DNA of 64,000 nt from Podarcis melisellensis (taxonomy: Eukaryota), in NCBI GenBank assembly GCA_964234715.1, contig OZ174275.1; one strand, written 5' to 3'. This document shows, piece after piece, positions 1-42,100 of this stretch. The notes under the pieces were generated by a model, which saw only the letters and a list, made by a program, of their open reading frames with translations, was not told the origin of the DNA and did not search any database. The translations under genes and the position numbers were made by a program. The first letter of the stretch is position 1. Every line of letters starts with the position of its first letter.

Positions 1-952
1 CGCAAGACGGAAAACCCGCTAGACGAAAGGGTTTTCCGTTTTGGAGGTGCTTCACAAAACGAATTTCCCTGTGGGCTTGCTTCGCAAGACGAAAGCCCAT
101 AGGGAAATCTCCGGGACAGCGGGGAAGCGCAGCGCGTCTTCCCCACTGTCCTCGGACCTCTTCCGAAGGCTGGTGGTGGGGCGGAGAGACCTCCTCCCCG
201 CGCCAGCTTTCGGATGGCTGTCCTGAAGACTTGCGGTGGGAGGAGGGTTTTCCTTCCCACCGCCAACATTCAGAATGCTGTTCTGAATGTTGGCGGTGGG
301 GAGGAAAAACCCTCCTCCCACCGCAAGCCCCGGGAACAGAGGAGAAGCGCTGCGCGCCTTCCCCTCTGTTCCCGTACCTGTCCGAAGGCTGGCGGTGGGG
401 CGGAGAGACCTCCTCCCGCCGCCAGCCTTCGGAAGGCTGCTCCGAAGGCTGGCGGCAGGAGGAGGTCTCTCCGCCCCACCGGCAGCCTTCGGAAGGCTGC
501 TCCGAAGGCTGGCGGTGGGGCGGAGAGCCCTTCTCCCCCCGCCAGTCTTCGGAAGGCTGCTCCGAAGGCTGGCGGTGGGGCGGAGAGCCCTTCTCCCCCG
601 CCAGTCTTCGGAAGGCTCCTCCGAAGGCTGGCGGTGGGGCGGAGAGCCCTTCTCCCCCCGCCAGTCTTCGGAAGGCTGCTCCGAAGGCTGGCGGTGGGGC
701 GGAGAGCCCTTCTCCCCCTGCCAGTCTTCGGAAGGCTCCTCCGAAGGCTGGCGGTGGGGCGGAGAGCCCTTCTCCCCCCGCCAGTCTTCGGAAGGCTGCT
801 CCGAAGGCTGGCGGTGGGGCGGAGAGCCCTTCTCCCCCCGCCAGTCTTCGAAAGGCTCCTCCGAAGGAGGAAACCGTGCTTCGCAAGACGAAAAACTCGC
901 AAGAAGAAAAAACTTGCGGAACAAATTAATTTTGTCTTGTGAGGCACCACTG
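1..952 (-). mobile_element. Non-autonomous Tc1/mariner(pogo/Tigger)-type DNA element, left end cut by the window, with internal 60-bp tandem array
   Basis: Ends ...GAGGCACCACTG|TA; both arms match the reverse complement of the complete copy at 55674-56197; repeated CGCAAGACGAA subterminal motifs. Confidence 0.8.
382..867. repeat. 60-bp GC-rich tandem repeat (about 8 units), each unit an imperfect palindrome
   Basis: CCGAAGGCTGGCGG recurs at 382, 442, 502, 562, 621, 681, 741, 801, with a partial unit at 861. Confidence 0.92.
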
Positions 953-1107
953 TACCTGTGTGTAACTCCAGATTTATTTCAGGCCTGCCCACCCCCACCT
1001 GCAAGACAAGGGTAAAAATTTGAATATGACCTAAAAATATTCACAGATGTTATGCAAATTTGAGTCTTTGAGAACAGCAGCAGAGGGCCTAATCTGTATA
1101 CTTTATA

Positions 1108-1482
1108 CCGTATTGGCCTGAATATAAGCCTCACCTTTCCCCCAAATTCCAGCTGTGAAAAGTTAAAGTGCGACTTATATTCCTGACCTTACGGTATGCA
1201 GCCAGGAGCGCAGGGCAAACAGCGCCAGGAGCAGGGCAAAGCAGCGTCCGCCCCGTGTGCAGTCCCCCGTCCTCTCCCCCAAGGCCAGGAAGGGAGAGAG
1301 CAAGGAAGGGGAAAGGCTTCTGGCAACGCAGCGTGGCTCCCCCCCACCCCCCAGTATGCAGCCAGGAGCAGCAAGAAATGGAGTGGCTTATATTCGGATA
1401 TTTTGTCTTTTTTTCTCCCCCCCCCATCAATTTTAAAGTTGCTGCTTATATTTGAGTGCGGCTTATATTCGGGCCAATACAG
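1108..1482. mobile_element. MITE, Tc2/pogo-like, 23-bp TIR CYGTATTGGCCYGAATATAAGCC, TA-flanked
   Basis: TIRs match 21/23; TA on both sides; internal repeats of CTTATATT. Confidence 0.8.
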
Positions 1483-1636
1483 TATGTAGCTCAGGAAATC
1501 CTATTCGTGATCCCTAGTTGGTATACATAACAGTTGAAAGGGGCCAAAAGGATATAAAGTGAAATGCCTAATCACAAAGCAGGAGACACCCCTCTCAAGC
1601 TTAGTTGAACAGTCCTTAAATTCAGTATTGTCCAGT

Positions 1637-1694
1637 CATAGAATTGTAGAGTTGGAAGGGAAGGTCATCAAATCTGACCCCCTGCATTGTAATC
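1637..1694 (-). mobile_element. CR1-like 3' tail fragment
   Basis: Degenerate reverse complement of the tail at 27492-27558. Confidence 0.5.
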
Positions 1695-3417
1695 CTCAAT
1701 TGGTTATGCCATCGGATGGTTTGTACTTAAAGTTTCTATGGTATACATTAAAGCAGGGATGTGTTCAAGATGTTTGGCAGCTTGTTATTTTCTTAGTTTA
1801 ATATATTGGACTTTCCTTTATGGCAGGATAGATGGACATTGACCAGCATGAGGAACCAAATGATATTAAAAAGTCAGAGCAATAATATGGCACAGTGTTT
1901 CTGTGGTGATTAATGCTTTTGAAAAGGCTAGGTCCACCAATATGTGATGCACTAGCAGGGACATTCCCCATGTGTTTGAGTCCATTGAAAAATTCATCTT
2001 TCATGAACATTAAAGTTACTGCAAGGTTTAATTTGAACTGGACTGAAAGACTACATTGTTGTAAAAAGACCAAAATCTGAAGCTCGTTTTAAAAGATGAA
2101 TGAATGCAAAAAGTCATGTTTCCATAAATGTTTTATGACTAGTTTACACATCGTCATATTTATAACTGTGTTATTTTGATACTTTGGGAAAGTTTGGTAT
2201 ATATTCCTTTTTAAGGTAGACTGAACTAGTTTTTGAAACAGTGGTGTTTTGTGCAGTTTATGACATAATTCAACAATTTCTGTTTTTGTGTGCTCTATAG
2301 TAGTTATTCTCTGGCAAGGTTCTCAACTTGAATTCATTTCTGTTTCTTGAAGATTCTCTGGTGAATGTTGAAACGAGTTACAATTGAAAATTTAATGAAT
2401 ACTTTATTTATTTTGCTGCTGTTCTGTCTTCAATGGCATAAATGAGCACTGTTCCACTAGCTGCAACTATATTTCACGTCCCTTAAATCAGATTTATAGA
2501 GTTGTGTCCACTGTAGCAAATGTCATTTTGGAAAGATTTAGATAAACGAAAAAAGACTAAAGCAATATGTTAAAGGTATGTGACAAATTGTTCAAAATAA
2601 AAATAAAAATCTGTATCAATGTAAATTCTGTCAAATCCAGGCACTAAAATGGGTTGTTGTTGTTTTAATAAATAAACTAAAGGAAAGATCGCTACAAGGG
2701 AAGAGTTAGCTTTACAGAATGCATCTTTCCTTCTCCCCATCCCCCAGTTCTGTGTCCTTTGTTAGTTCCAGGGAATGGGAATCTGCACCATCAACTTTGT
2801 TTTTTTGTAACTCCTACTGAGTTCAGTGGAGTTAACTCACAAGTAAGTGGGGATAGAATTGCCATCTAAATGCTGAAACGAATGGTCAGCCATAATTACC
2901 TAGTTTCATGTAATGTTAAGCCAAACCCATGTTTTAGCGTAAACAAGCAAATGTCCAGGTTTCCATTGAGAAAATCATGGCTGCGTTGCTCTTTTTCTGG
3001 TCCTACTGCTATTGTGCTGCTGTGAGCAAAGCCATGTTATGTCCCCTGAGTGGTAAGCCAGAGAACAAATCTTGGTTAAAACACATGGTTTGTCTCTCTA
3101 GCGAAATAAAGCATGAGCCCAGGCTGAGAGACAATGCAAAACCCAAAGCAAATGCCCATATATTTGCTTGTCTATGCTAATCCATGTTTGCTGTAGCATT
3201 ATAACTGGACCACTGCTTGGGTTATGTTTGGTCCCCAGCCACTGAAATCTATGTTGTGCACTAAAGACACATGGTGGGTTTGTGGGAAATAAAATAATGC
3301 TAATAAATCAATTTTCCTTTTAAATGGATTGAGAGGTTCTAAGACAATGCTGTGTGATTCCTTTCTGGATTCCAACCAACATACTAGGCTCTCCGCTGCA
3401 GTTGGTTGATTGCTTAA

Positions 3418-34970
<31,553 letters not shown>

Positions 34971-36019
34971 CAGCTACGTCATTGAACATTCAGCCTTTAT
35001 CACTTCCATGTCCTTATCTCCTCTACTTGATTGGCTTGATGTTTATGGGTTTTTGTTGTCTTCATAAAAGACTCCTTGGATGTCATGTGACAGTAAAGCC
35101 TTTGAAGAAAATAAGCCCAGTGATCCAGGAGAAGATGCAGAAATAAACACGCAATTTAAATCATCAACAACAAAGTAAAATACTGCTGTGATGTGAAACG
35201 GACAGGCAGCCTTCTCTGAAGAATGCTGTTGAAAACACCCCTTTTGTAGTAGTTTCGTTTTATATTTCTGAATTCTTGTATCAGATCCAAAGCTCTGTTG
35301 TACAGCGAACTTTTGTTCATAAGGAAAAACCATATTCTTACGTGTATTTTGTAATCCCTTTGCACACAGCCAGCACACTTCTATCAGTTTAAGGGCAGTG
35401 ATCTGGGGGAGGGAGGGAAAGAGAAGCGCTCCTAAGGAATTTCACTGTGTTTCTAGCCCAGTATGCCAAAGGGCAAGGAAGGTAGCATATTTCTCTTCCC
35501 CTCTGTTCCTCTTCCAAGGGTAAGGGAATCCAACAATAACTACTGAAGACCTTCTCCAGTCCTGCCGTTTCAAGATTTACTTTAGAGATGTGAACCTTTA
35601 ACTGCCAATAAATTATATTCCTGAGCAGCTTGCTTCTGTTCCATCAGGATAAGTATTAAAAGGGGGCAAATGAGCACTGCAGAAAATTTTTAACTGGAGC
35701 CCATTAGTTTTTAATACACAGTGAGGAAATTAAATGTGACTCCCCCAAATGGCAAAAAAGTATATAAAAAAAGTTTGCACTTTAATTGTGTTCCCATTGA
35801 TATAGTTTTCTTTTCTTTTTTTACTGTAAGAGTAATCGCATTTGATAAGTGCTGGAAACTTCTTAAGTGGTTTAAATATGTTTTTTCATCATTTGTAGAG
35901 GATCACTGGACATCAAATGATTCATTGCACATATAAAGGAGACACCTTTTCAATTTCTGTATAATTTGCAAGGCTGTACAATGTGTGCTGATGCAAGCCT
36001 TTCTTCAGTTTGGAAAAAA

Positions 36020-36025
36020 AATAAA
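36020..36025 (+). terminator. Probable R3HDM1 polyadenylation signal (proximal alternative AATAAA at 35607-35612)
   Basis: AATAAA about 1.05 kb after the stop, followed by a GT/T-rich tract at about 36040-36065. Confidence 0.6.
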
Positions 36026-36274
36026 TGTTTACAAGTACAAGTTTTCCGGTGTACTTTTTTTTGTGAGCTTGAAAGAAATGAACATATTTCATAATGCAGT
36101 TGTAGATAGTCATAGCAGGCATCCTTAAGCATTGGAGGGTACCGGATTGGACTTCTGCATGAGGTAAGACTTCAATTAAATTGAATTAGTTCTGGCCGTA
36201 AATAGAGAAAGTAAGATCTTAGTAGCAAAGTCATACAATGCCCATTCTGTGCACAATTACTTGGAACTAAATTA

Positions 36275-36529
36275 CAGTGGTACCTCTGTTTGTGAACAGC
36301 ATCTGTTCCAGAGGCCCGTTTGCAACATGAAAAGAGTGCAACCTGAAGCGCTGTGTCTGTGCAGGTGCGCAGCACGATTTGGTGTTTTATGTGCGAAGCG
36401 TGATTTAGCCCTTCTGCGCATGCGCAAGTGACAAAACCCGGAAGTAACCCTTTCCGGTACTTCCGGGTCACCGCTGGACGTAACCTGAAAGAACATAACA
36501 TGAAGCAAAAGTAACATGAGGTATGACTG
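36275..36529. mobile_element. TA-flanked pogo/Tigger-type MITE (255 bp)
   Basis: TA|CAGTGGTACCTC ... GAGGTATGACTG|TA. Confidence 0.75.
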
Positions 36530-38279
36530 TACATTAAGTTTAGTGGAATAATCTATGGTGGGTTTATAGCTTTAATGTAAAAACCTTCGTTGTAATCAGC
36601 ATCTCTTCGACTAATTCCACTTTCTGATAGTTTCTCTGTTCCACACTACTCTTCCTCCTCCTGAAATCACAGTGGCATTAAATGAATCATGGAGATAAAC
36701 TGGGTGGAATATGGTGCTGAACAAAAAAAGTTGTCAAATCCACTTTTATGGCATACATAATGGTAGTACAACCTTGGCTACAGTCGATTTGGTCCGGGAA
36801 ACTGCCTGGATGGAAGACTGATTAGGAACGAGTTACAAGCTGCTAAATAGAAAGTAGGATTTAATTGTTAACAGTAAAATGATAAGATGCCCAGCCAAAT
36901 GCAACCACAGTGCATCAGTTAGCCATTTTATTCTGTACAATGGGTGGTGAAATTAGTGCCTTCCAGATGTATTTAGAACTCCTATTAGCTGCAGCCAGCA
37001 TGACCAATAGTCTGATCAAGGGAGCTGTAGTCCAGCGGCCATTGCTGCTACACAAGATTAGCCCATACAAGTGGAGTTATGAGGAGGAAATTGTTCAGAT
37101 CGGCAATTCAGATAATAGATTGGCAGAAATTTATATTAGGTGGCTAAGTACTGAGAAAATATCAGGAGATATTGTTGTCCTTAAACTCATTAAGGACTTA
37201 ATTTGTTGAGGCAGGTTCTTAGTGCATACTGCCTGTTAATGCCATTTCCTCAAAGTATAACAAAGCATTTTAATACAGAGTTGACACGCTATATTTTTTA
37301 GATTGGCAGCCAGAATTTTTAGCCTACTTAAAAGTGCAGGTGTTGCATTGTGGGTTGTATCTTCCAGACAGCTGGTCTGCCGATAGCATGTTTTTGTTTG
37401 AGTTGTCACTCGCAAATACAGTGGCAAACTCATTTATTAGAGCCAAGATTGGTCTTGTGCCTGGTTTTCACTATTAGTATAACTACTAAAATGCCTCAAG
37501 GACACAAGAAGCCACTCTACCTATCTCATTAGACTGCCATTTGCATTTACTTGAGTTTTTAGTGTCTGGAAAAAACAGCTACATAAAAAGCAATGAGTGC
37601 AGCTCAATCTTTATACATGTTTACTCAAAAGCAAATACTCTTAAGCTCTGTAAGGCCTAATTTCCTCTCACACCCCAAAAACAAGAGTGTTGCAGCCTTT
37701 GATATTAGGAAGCTAATACGTTTGTTGGTGAGATGAGTACTTAATTGTTTAGAAGTTTTATCCTACCTGTCCAGATACATTTACAATTTCAATAAAAAGG
37801 CAGCTGTAATCATAAAAAGCGGCTAAATTCTAGATACCAAAAGGCCTTTGTAGAAACATTTTTGGCTAGCACACTTGCATGAAAATCAGTGGAATGTTTA
37901 TAGGCTTTGTTTCCCACAAGATAAAATTACTTAAAGTGTGCTTTGTTTTAAACGTTTGTAACTTTCCAGATCTTAGTTCTATTTTTTTAAATAGATATAC
38001 TGTATAAACAAACCCTACATCTTGCAACAGATGGGCTTGGAGATGAGCCTTTCCCCCATAGGACTTAGGAGTAGGTTTAAATAGCTGCCACTTGATTTGT
38101 GCTTGGTTCGCATTAGCAAATAAAATCATTCAGTGTTGCATAAAAATCAAGTGGTTTTTATTTGACACGTTCACTTTTCAGCCAATACTACGGTGCAGTT
38201 TTGAGTACCTCGCCTACAAAATCAAGATTTTTGGCATTTTTCCAGTTCATGCCCTCATTTTTGCTGCTGTCCCCACCCC

Positions 38280-39100
38280 AAAGCGCTGCTCCCCTTGTCA
38301 CTCCCTCGCGAATCGGCTGCTGCTGAGCCGCCACCTAAAAACAACAAGAAAAAGCCGCCGCGGAATCTACAGGCGCGAATCGCAGCCCAGTTTACCTCCC
38401 GAATCTAAGCGTGCCCTACTGCCACAAACGCTTCCTCTTTGGTGTGAGGGTGATGATTGGTGGTGGGTGGGATTTTTTTTATTATTAAGGCGCATGCGCC
38501 CTTCAATGTTTTTCCCCTACCTTGGGCGGAGGAATCCAGGAAGCGGATCTGAGTGGGCGGAGAGAGAGAGAGAGAGACGTCGTAGTAGGTGCAGCGAAGC
38601 GCGACGCAATCGCGTCCGAAGCGAGGCTGACGTTTGTGACGCGCATGCGCGCTCCGCGTCCAGGCAAACGGACCGCGGGGAGGCCGCGGAGGGGCAGGCA
38701 GCGGGGCGAGCGCTTGTGCATAATAAGCCCAGGCCCGACGGTCCGCCGCCGCCGCCATTATGCTGTGGTTCCCTGGCACCATCCCGGCCGCCATTGCCGC
38801 CGCCAAACAGCGCAGTGCCGTCTTCGTGGTGTTTGTGAGAGGTACGGGCCCACCCCCGTGTTTCCCTAACGTGAGGATGGGCGGGGGAGGTTTCGGCTGC
38901 CTCCGTGCCTCTCTTCTCAGGCTGCTTTCCCTCCCCGCCCAGCCTCAGGGAAGCTCCCTCCGCCCATGAAGAGGCCTCTTGAACGTACGGAGGGGCTTCA
39001 TCCCACCCTCGGCGGGGCCTTGGAGTCCGACGCCCCGCCGACTGCCCAGCAAATTTGGGAAGAGGAGAGGGGCTTTTGCTTAGAAGCACCCGAGCTCGCC
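38280..39100 (+). promoter_or_regulatory. CpG-island promoter of UBXN4: NRF1 motifs (GCGCATGCGC 38490-38499, 38641-38650), GC boxes (GGGCGGAG), TGACG half sites
   Basis: Sharp rise in CpG density around the UBXN4 ATG; motifs read directly. Confidence 0.85.
38760..38841 (+). CDS. UBXN4: UBXN4 exon 1
   Basis: gccattATG; |gtacgg. Confidence 0.93.
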
Positions 39101-42100
39101 AGTTCAGCCGGTTTTCCCCTTTAACGAAATAAAAGGGGGGGGGAAGGGGGGGAGGTGTCTTCATGAAGGATTGGGGGGGGGGGGGTAGCGGAGAAGATGG
39201 GAAAGCCAGCCAGATGGGCAGGGTATAAATAATAAATTGTTGTTGTTGTTATGAGAAGCGCCCGCGTTTCTCTGGAAATACCGAAAGGTAGCACACCTAC
39301 GTGAGCGCACTCGTGTGCAAATAACTCAGTCGTCAGAGCGTGGAGACTCATAATCCCAGGATTTATGATTTGAGCCCCACGTTGGCCTAAAAGATTCCTG
39401 CATTGCGGGGGGTTGGACTAGATGACCCCCGTGGCCTCTTCTGACCTTACAAATTCTCTGTTACGGGTGTCCTGGTGCATGGAAGGGGACTGGCGATTTA
39501 GTGGAAACATCCCCGTGTCCTGTAATCACAGTGGGCTCCCTTCCTTCCAGTTCTTGTTACAGAACAGGCCTCCCTAGCTCAGTGCTTGTAAAAAAAGCCA
39601 TGGTTATATGCTTTTTTCAGTAAGGTCTTGTGCTTCCTTCTCTCTCTCTCCCCCCCTCCCCACTTTATTTCTTGTACGCCCAGCCTAATGCTTCTTGCTT
39701 GTTCTTATTCCAGTGTATCCATAGCAGCCATATGTGTGCCCTGGAGCTTGGTACTGATTTGGTGCTCTCTCCTGTCTTGTGACCTATATGGGGGCAGTGC
39801 TTGCTGTGTCATGCTGAGCAGGAAATAAAATGCCTTCATTGCGTAGGATAAGAAGGAATTTTTAATGTGCATTCCTTCATGGAACTCATATATGTATGAA
39901 AGGACTGACCGAATCGAAACATAATTAGCTTCAGCAAGCTGGCTGTATCATGCATTTTTACACCCTGGAAAGGGGTATCTGTAGCACTTCTATGTTGTTG
40001 GAAGTTGGTGTGATGGGAGTTGTAGCCTGACAGCATCTGGAGGGTCACAATTTCACCATTGTGCTTTACGACTTATGCTAGTGCCATGAATCCTGCATAT
40101 AGTTTCTGGGAGGACTTGTTGGTTTAAAGTTTATCCATGTTTGAATATGTTGGGTTCAGGTCATCACATTTTGGTTTGGTGCTGTAGCACACAACCAGAA
40201 GTTCCTGTGGGAAAGTCAGATAACATTTCTTCCAGGACACCACCTTTAAAAGCCCTGTCTCCAGTGCATGTAGGCTATGGGAATTAGAAGTGCTGCACCA
40301 GTGCATCAAACGCTGGAGATTATTGTCACACTATACTTTTCATTAAACTGGTTTTCTGTAGAATCTGGTATGACTTCTTCCCCATAATGTAAATAGTTGT
40401 CATGATTCTTCAACTGGAGATCTGTCTTCAGGAAGATAGTAAAGGACAATAATGGGCTCTCATTCCCACAATTACCTCACATTTTCTCAAAAATTACCCG
40501 TAATACCTTTGATACTGTCATTGCCATGTCCCTATTGACACTTTTTTCTTAAGACTCAGGGCAAATTATAAAGGGTAATTTTTTGCCTGTGCCATGCAAA
40601 CTTACACTTACGTTCCTGCTGTCACCTTTTTTGGAATTGCCACAAATACGTTTATGTATCTAATTTCTCTTGTTACCTCTCTTTACTCCCATCCTTTCTA
40701 AATATATGTGTAGTCATAAGTTCTGAAAGTACTTTTACCATAACTGGAAAAATCTGGCATCTGATCATGTAAATGCCTCAGAATGTGCCTAATTTGTTCT
40801 GCCTTTCAGCTGTATGCTATGAATTCTGGATGCAGTTCTGTTTTCTTAATATTCCCACATGAATAGTAATAATATTTAAAATACATATGCTTACAGTAAC
40901 TAGACTACAGATAACTATTAAGGCCTTGCAGATTTATTGCCAGAGTGCATGAACTTTTAGATTTCCCACTGAAATAGAAGGGACAAGGAAGTGCTTCAAT
41001 TTAGAATATCCTCTCCAGTGTGTCAATCATCTGGGATAATTCTGCTAGTTAAGTAACACTAGAGAGCTTATTGGTAGTTTACAGAGTAGCCTCAGATCTA
41101 CTAACAAGCATACAGGAAGCTAAGTTAGCTAAGATAGGATGTTAGGTGTTCACTTGTTACATTTGTCCATGCCAGGATTTTTTTCCTCCAGTATATTTGA
41201 CACTTCTGATAAAAAATTAATTTTCTTCTATTATAGTGTGCAAAATATCTGTCTGCACATGCCATTGTTATTCTAGAATCCAAAATAATTGATTGTTAAA
41301 CTGTTTAGTGCAGTGTTTCCCAACCTTGTGCCTCCAGATGTTTTTGGCCTACAACTCCCATCATCCCTAGCTAGCAAGACCAGTGGTCAGGGATGATGGG
41401 AGTTGTAGGCCAAAAACATCTGGAGGCACAAGGTTGGGAAACACTGGTTTAGTGTACCATATACAGATGTTAAAATAGAATGCACTAGAATTTGCAGTCT
41501 GCATTAATTTTATTTATTGTAAGAGCACTAAGAGTTTTATCCAACTAAATTACTGGATGCACAGAATGATTTCCACACCCTTCATATCATCTCAAAATCT
41601 GATCTAGAGGACTGGAGAAACCCTAGGGCAGAAAAGGGAGGCAGAGTTCCATTGTGCTTGCGAAAGTTGTTCCATGCTTACAGCTACATAGCTGGATGCA
41701 ACCCTATATCCTTTCCTCATTTGCACTATAGTATGCAATCATTCCATTTGTGACAGGATTAGAAAGTATTCTGGGTGCACCCTTCAAGATAGGTGGTGGA
41801 AGTCATGTTGTTCATGTTGCACTAAAAATTGATACAGAGATGGCCTGCGTTTCATAGAATGGTGGAGCTTCAGGATATGCACACATATTTTGAAATCTCA
41901 CTGTTTTAGTGTATTTGATGTATCTTAATTGACAAGGCAACAGGAGAGAATGAAATATTTTTCTGCATCTGTGAAACAATTGTTGACAGCTCCTGGTCAT
42001 TATGCAGCAAAATTATTACCAATACATTTCTAGTAAGTGGGTTTTCAGGAATGTGGAAATGTGTGGCATCCAGTTTTGTTCTGAATAGTGATAGTAATGG

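Noticed and set aside
382-867. CRISPR-like palindromic repeat array
   Set aside because: No unique spacers, no cas genes, vertebrate intron; it is a tandem repeat.
41-1015. Overlapping 230-290 aa ORFs on both strands
   Set aside because: They arise from the stop-free GC-rich 60-bp repeat inside a MITE; periodic peptides, no domain, no splice context.
1827-1885. Possible upstream R3HDM1 exon after ttatggcag
   Set aside because: No recognisable R3HDM1 peptide, early stops, no convincing donor.
38645-38869. Upstream ATG / overlapping uORF of UBXN4
   Set aside because: The ATG is part of the NRF1 motif and the TSS is unknown; cannot be supported.
38092-39164. Long ORFs (248 aa +, 215 aa -) at the UBXN4 5' end
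   Set aside because: Stop-codon depletion in a CpG island; only 38760-38841 matches UBXN4.
39315-39388. tRNA-Met(CAT) gene
   Set aside because: The body matches tRNA-Lys-CTT with a mutated anticodon and broken box B; SINE head.
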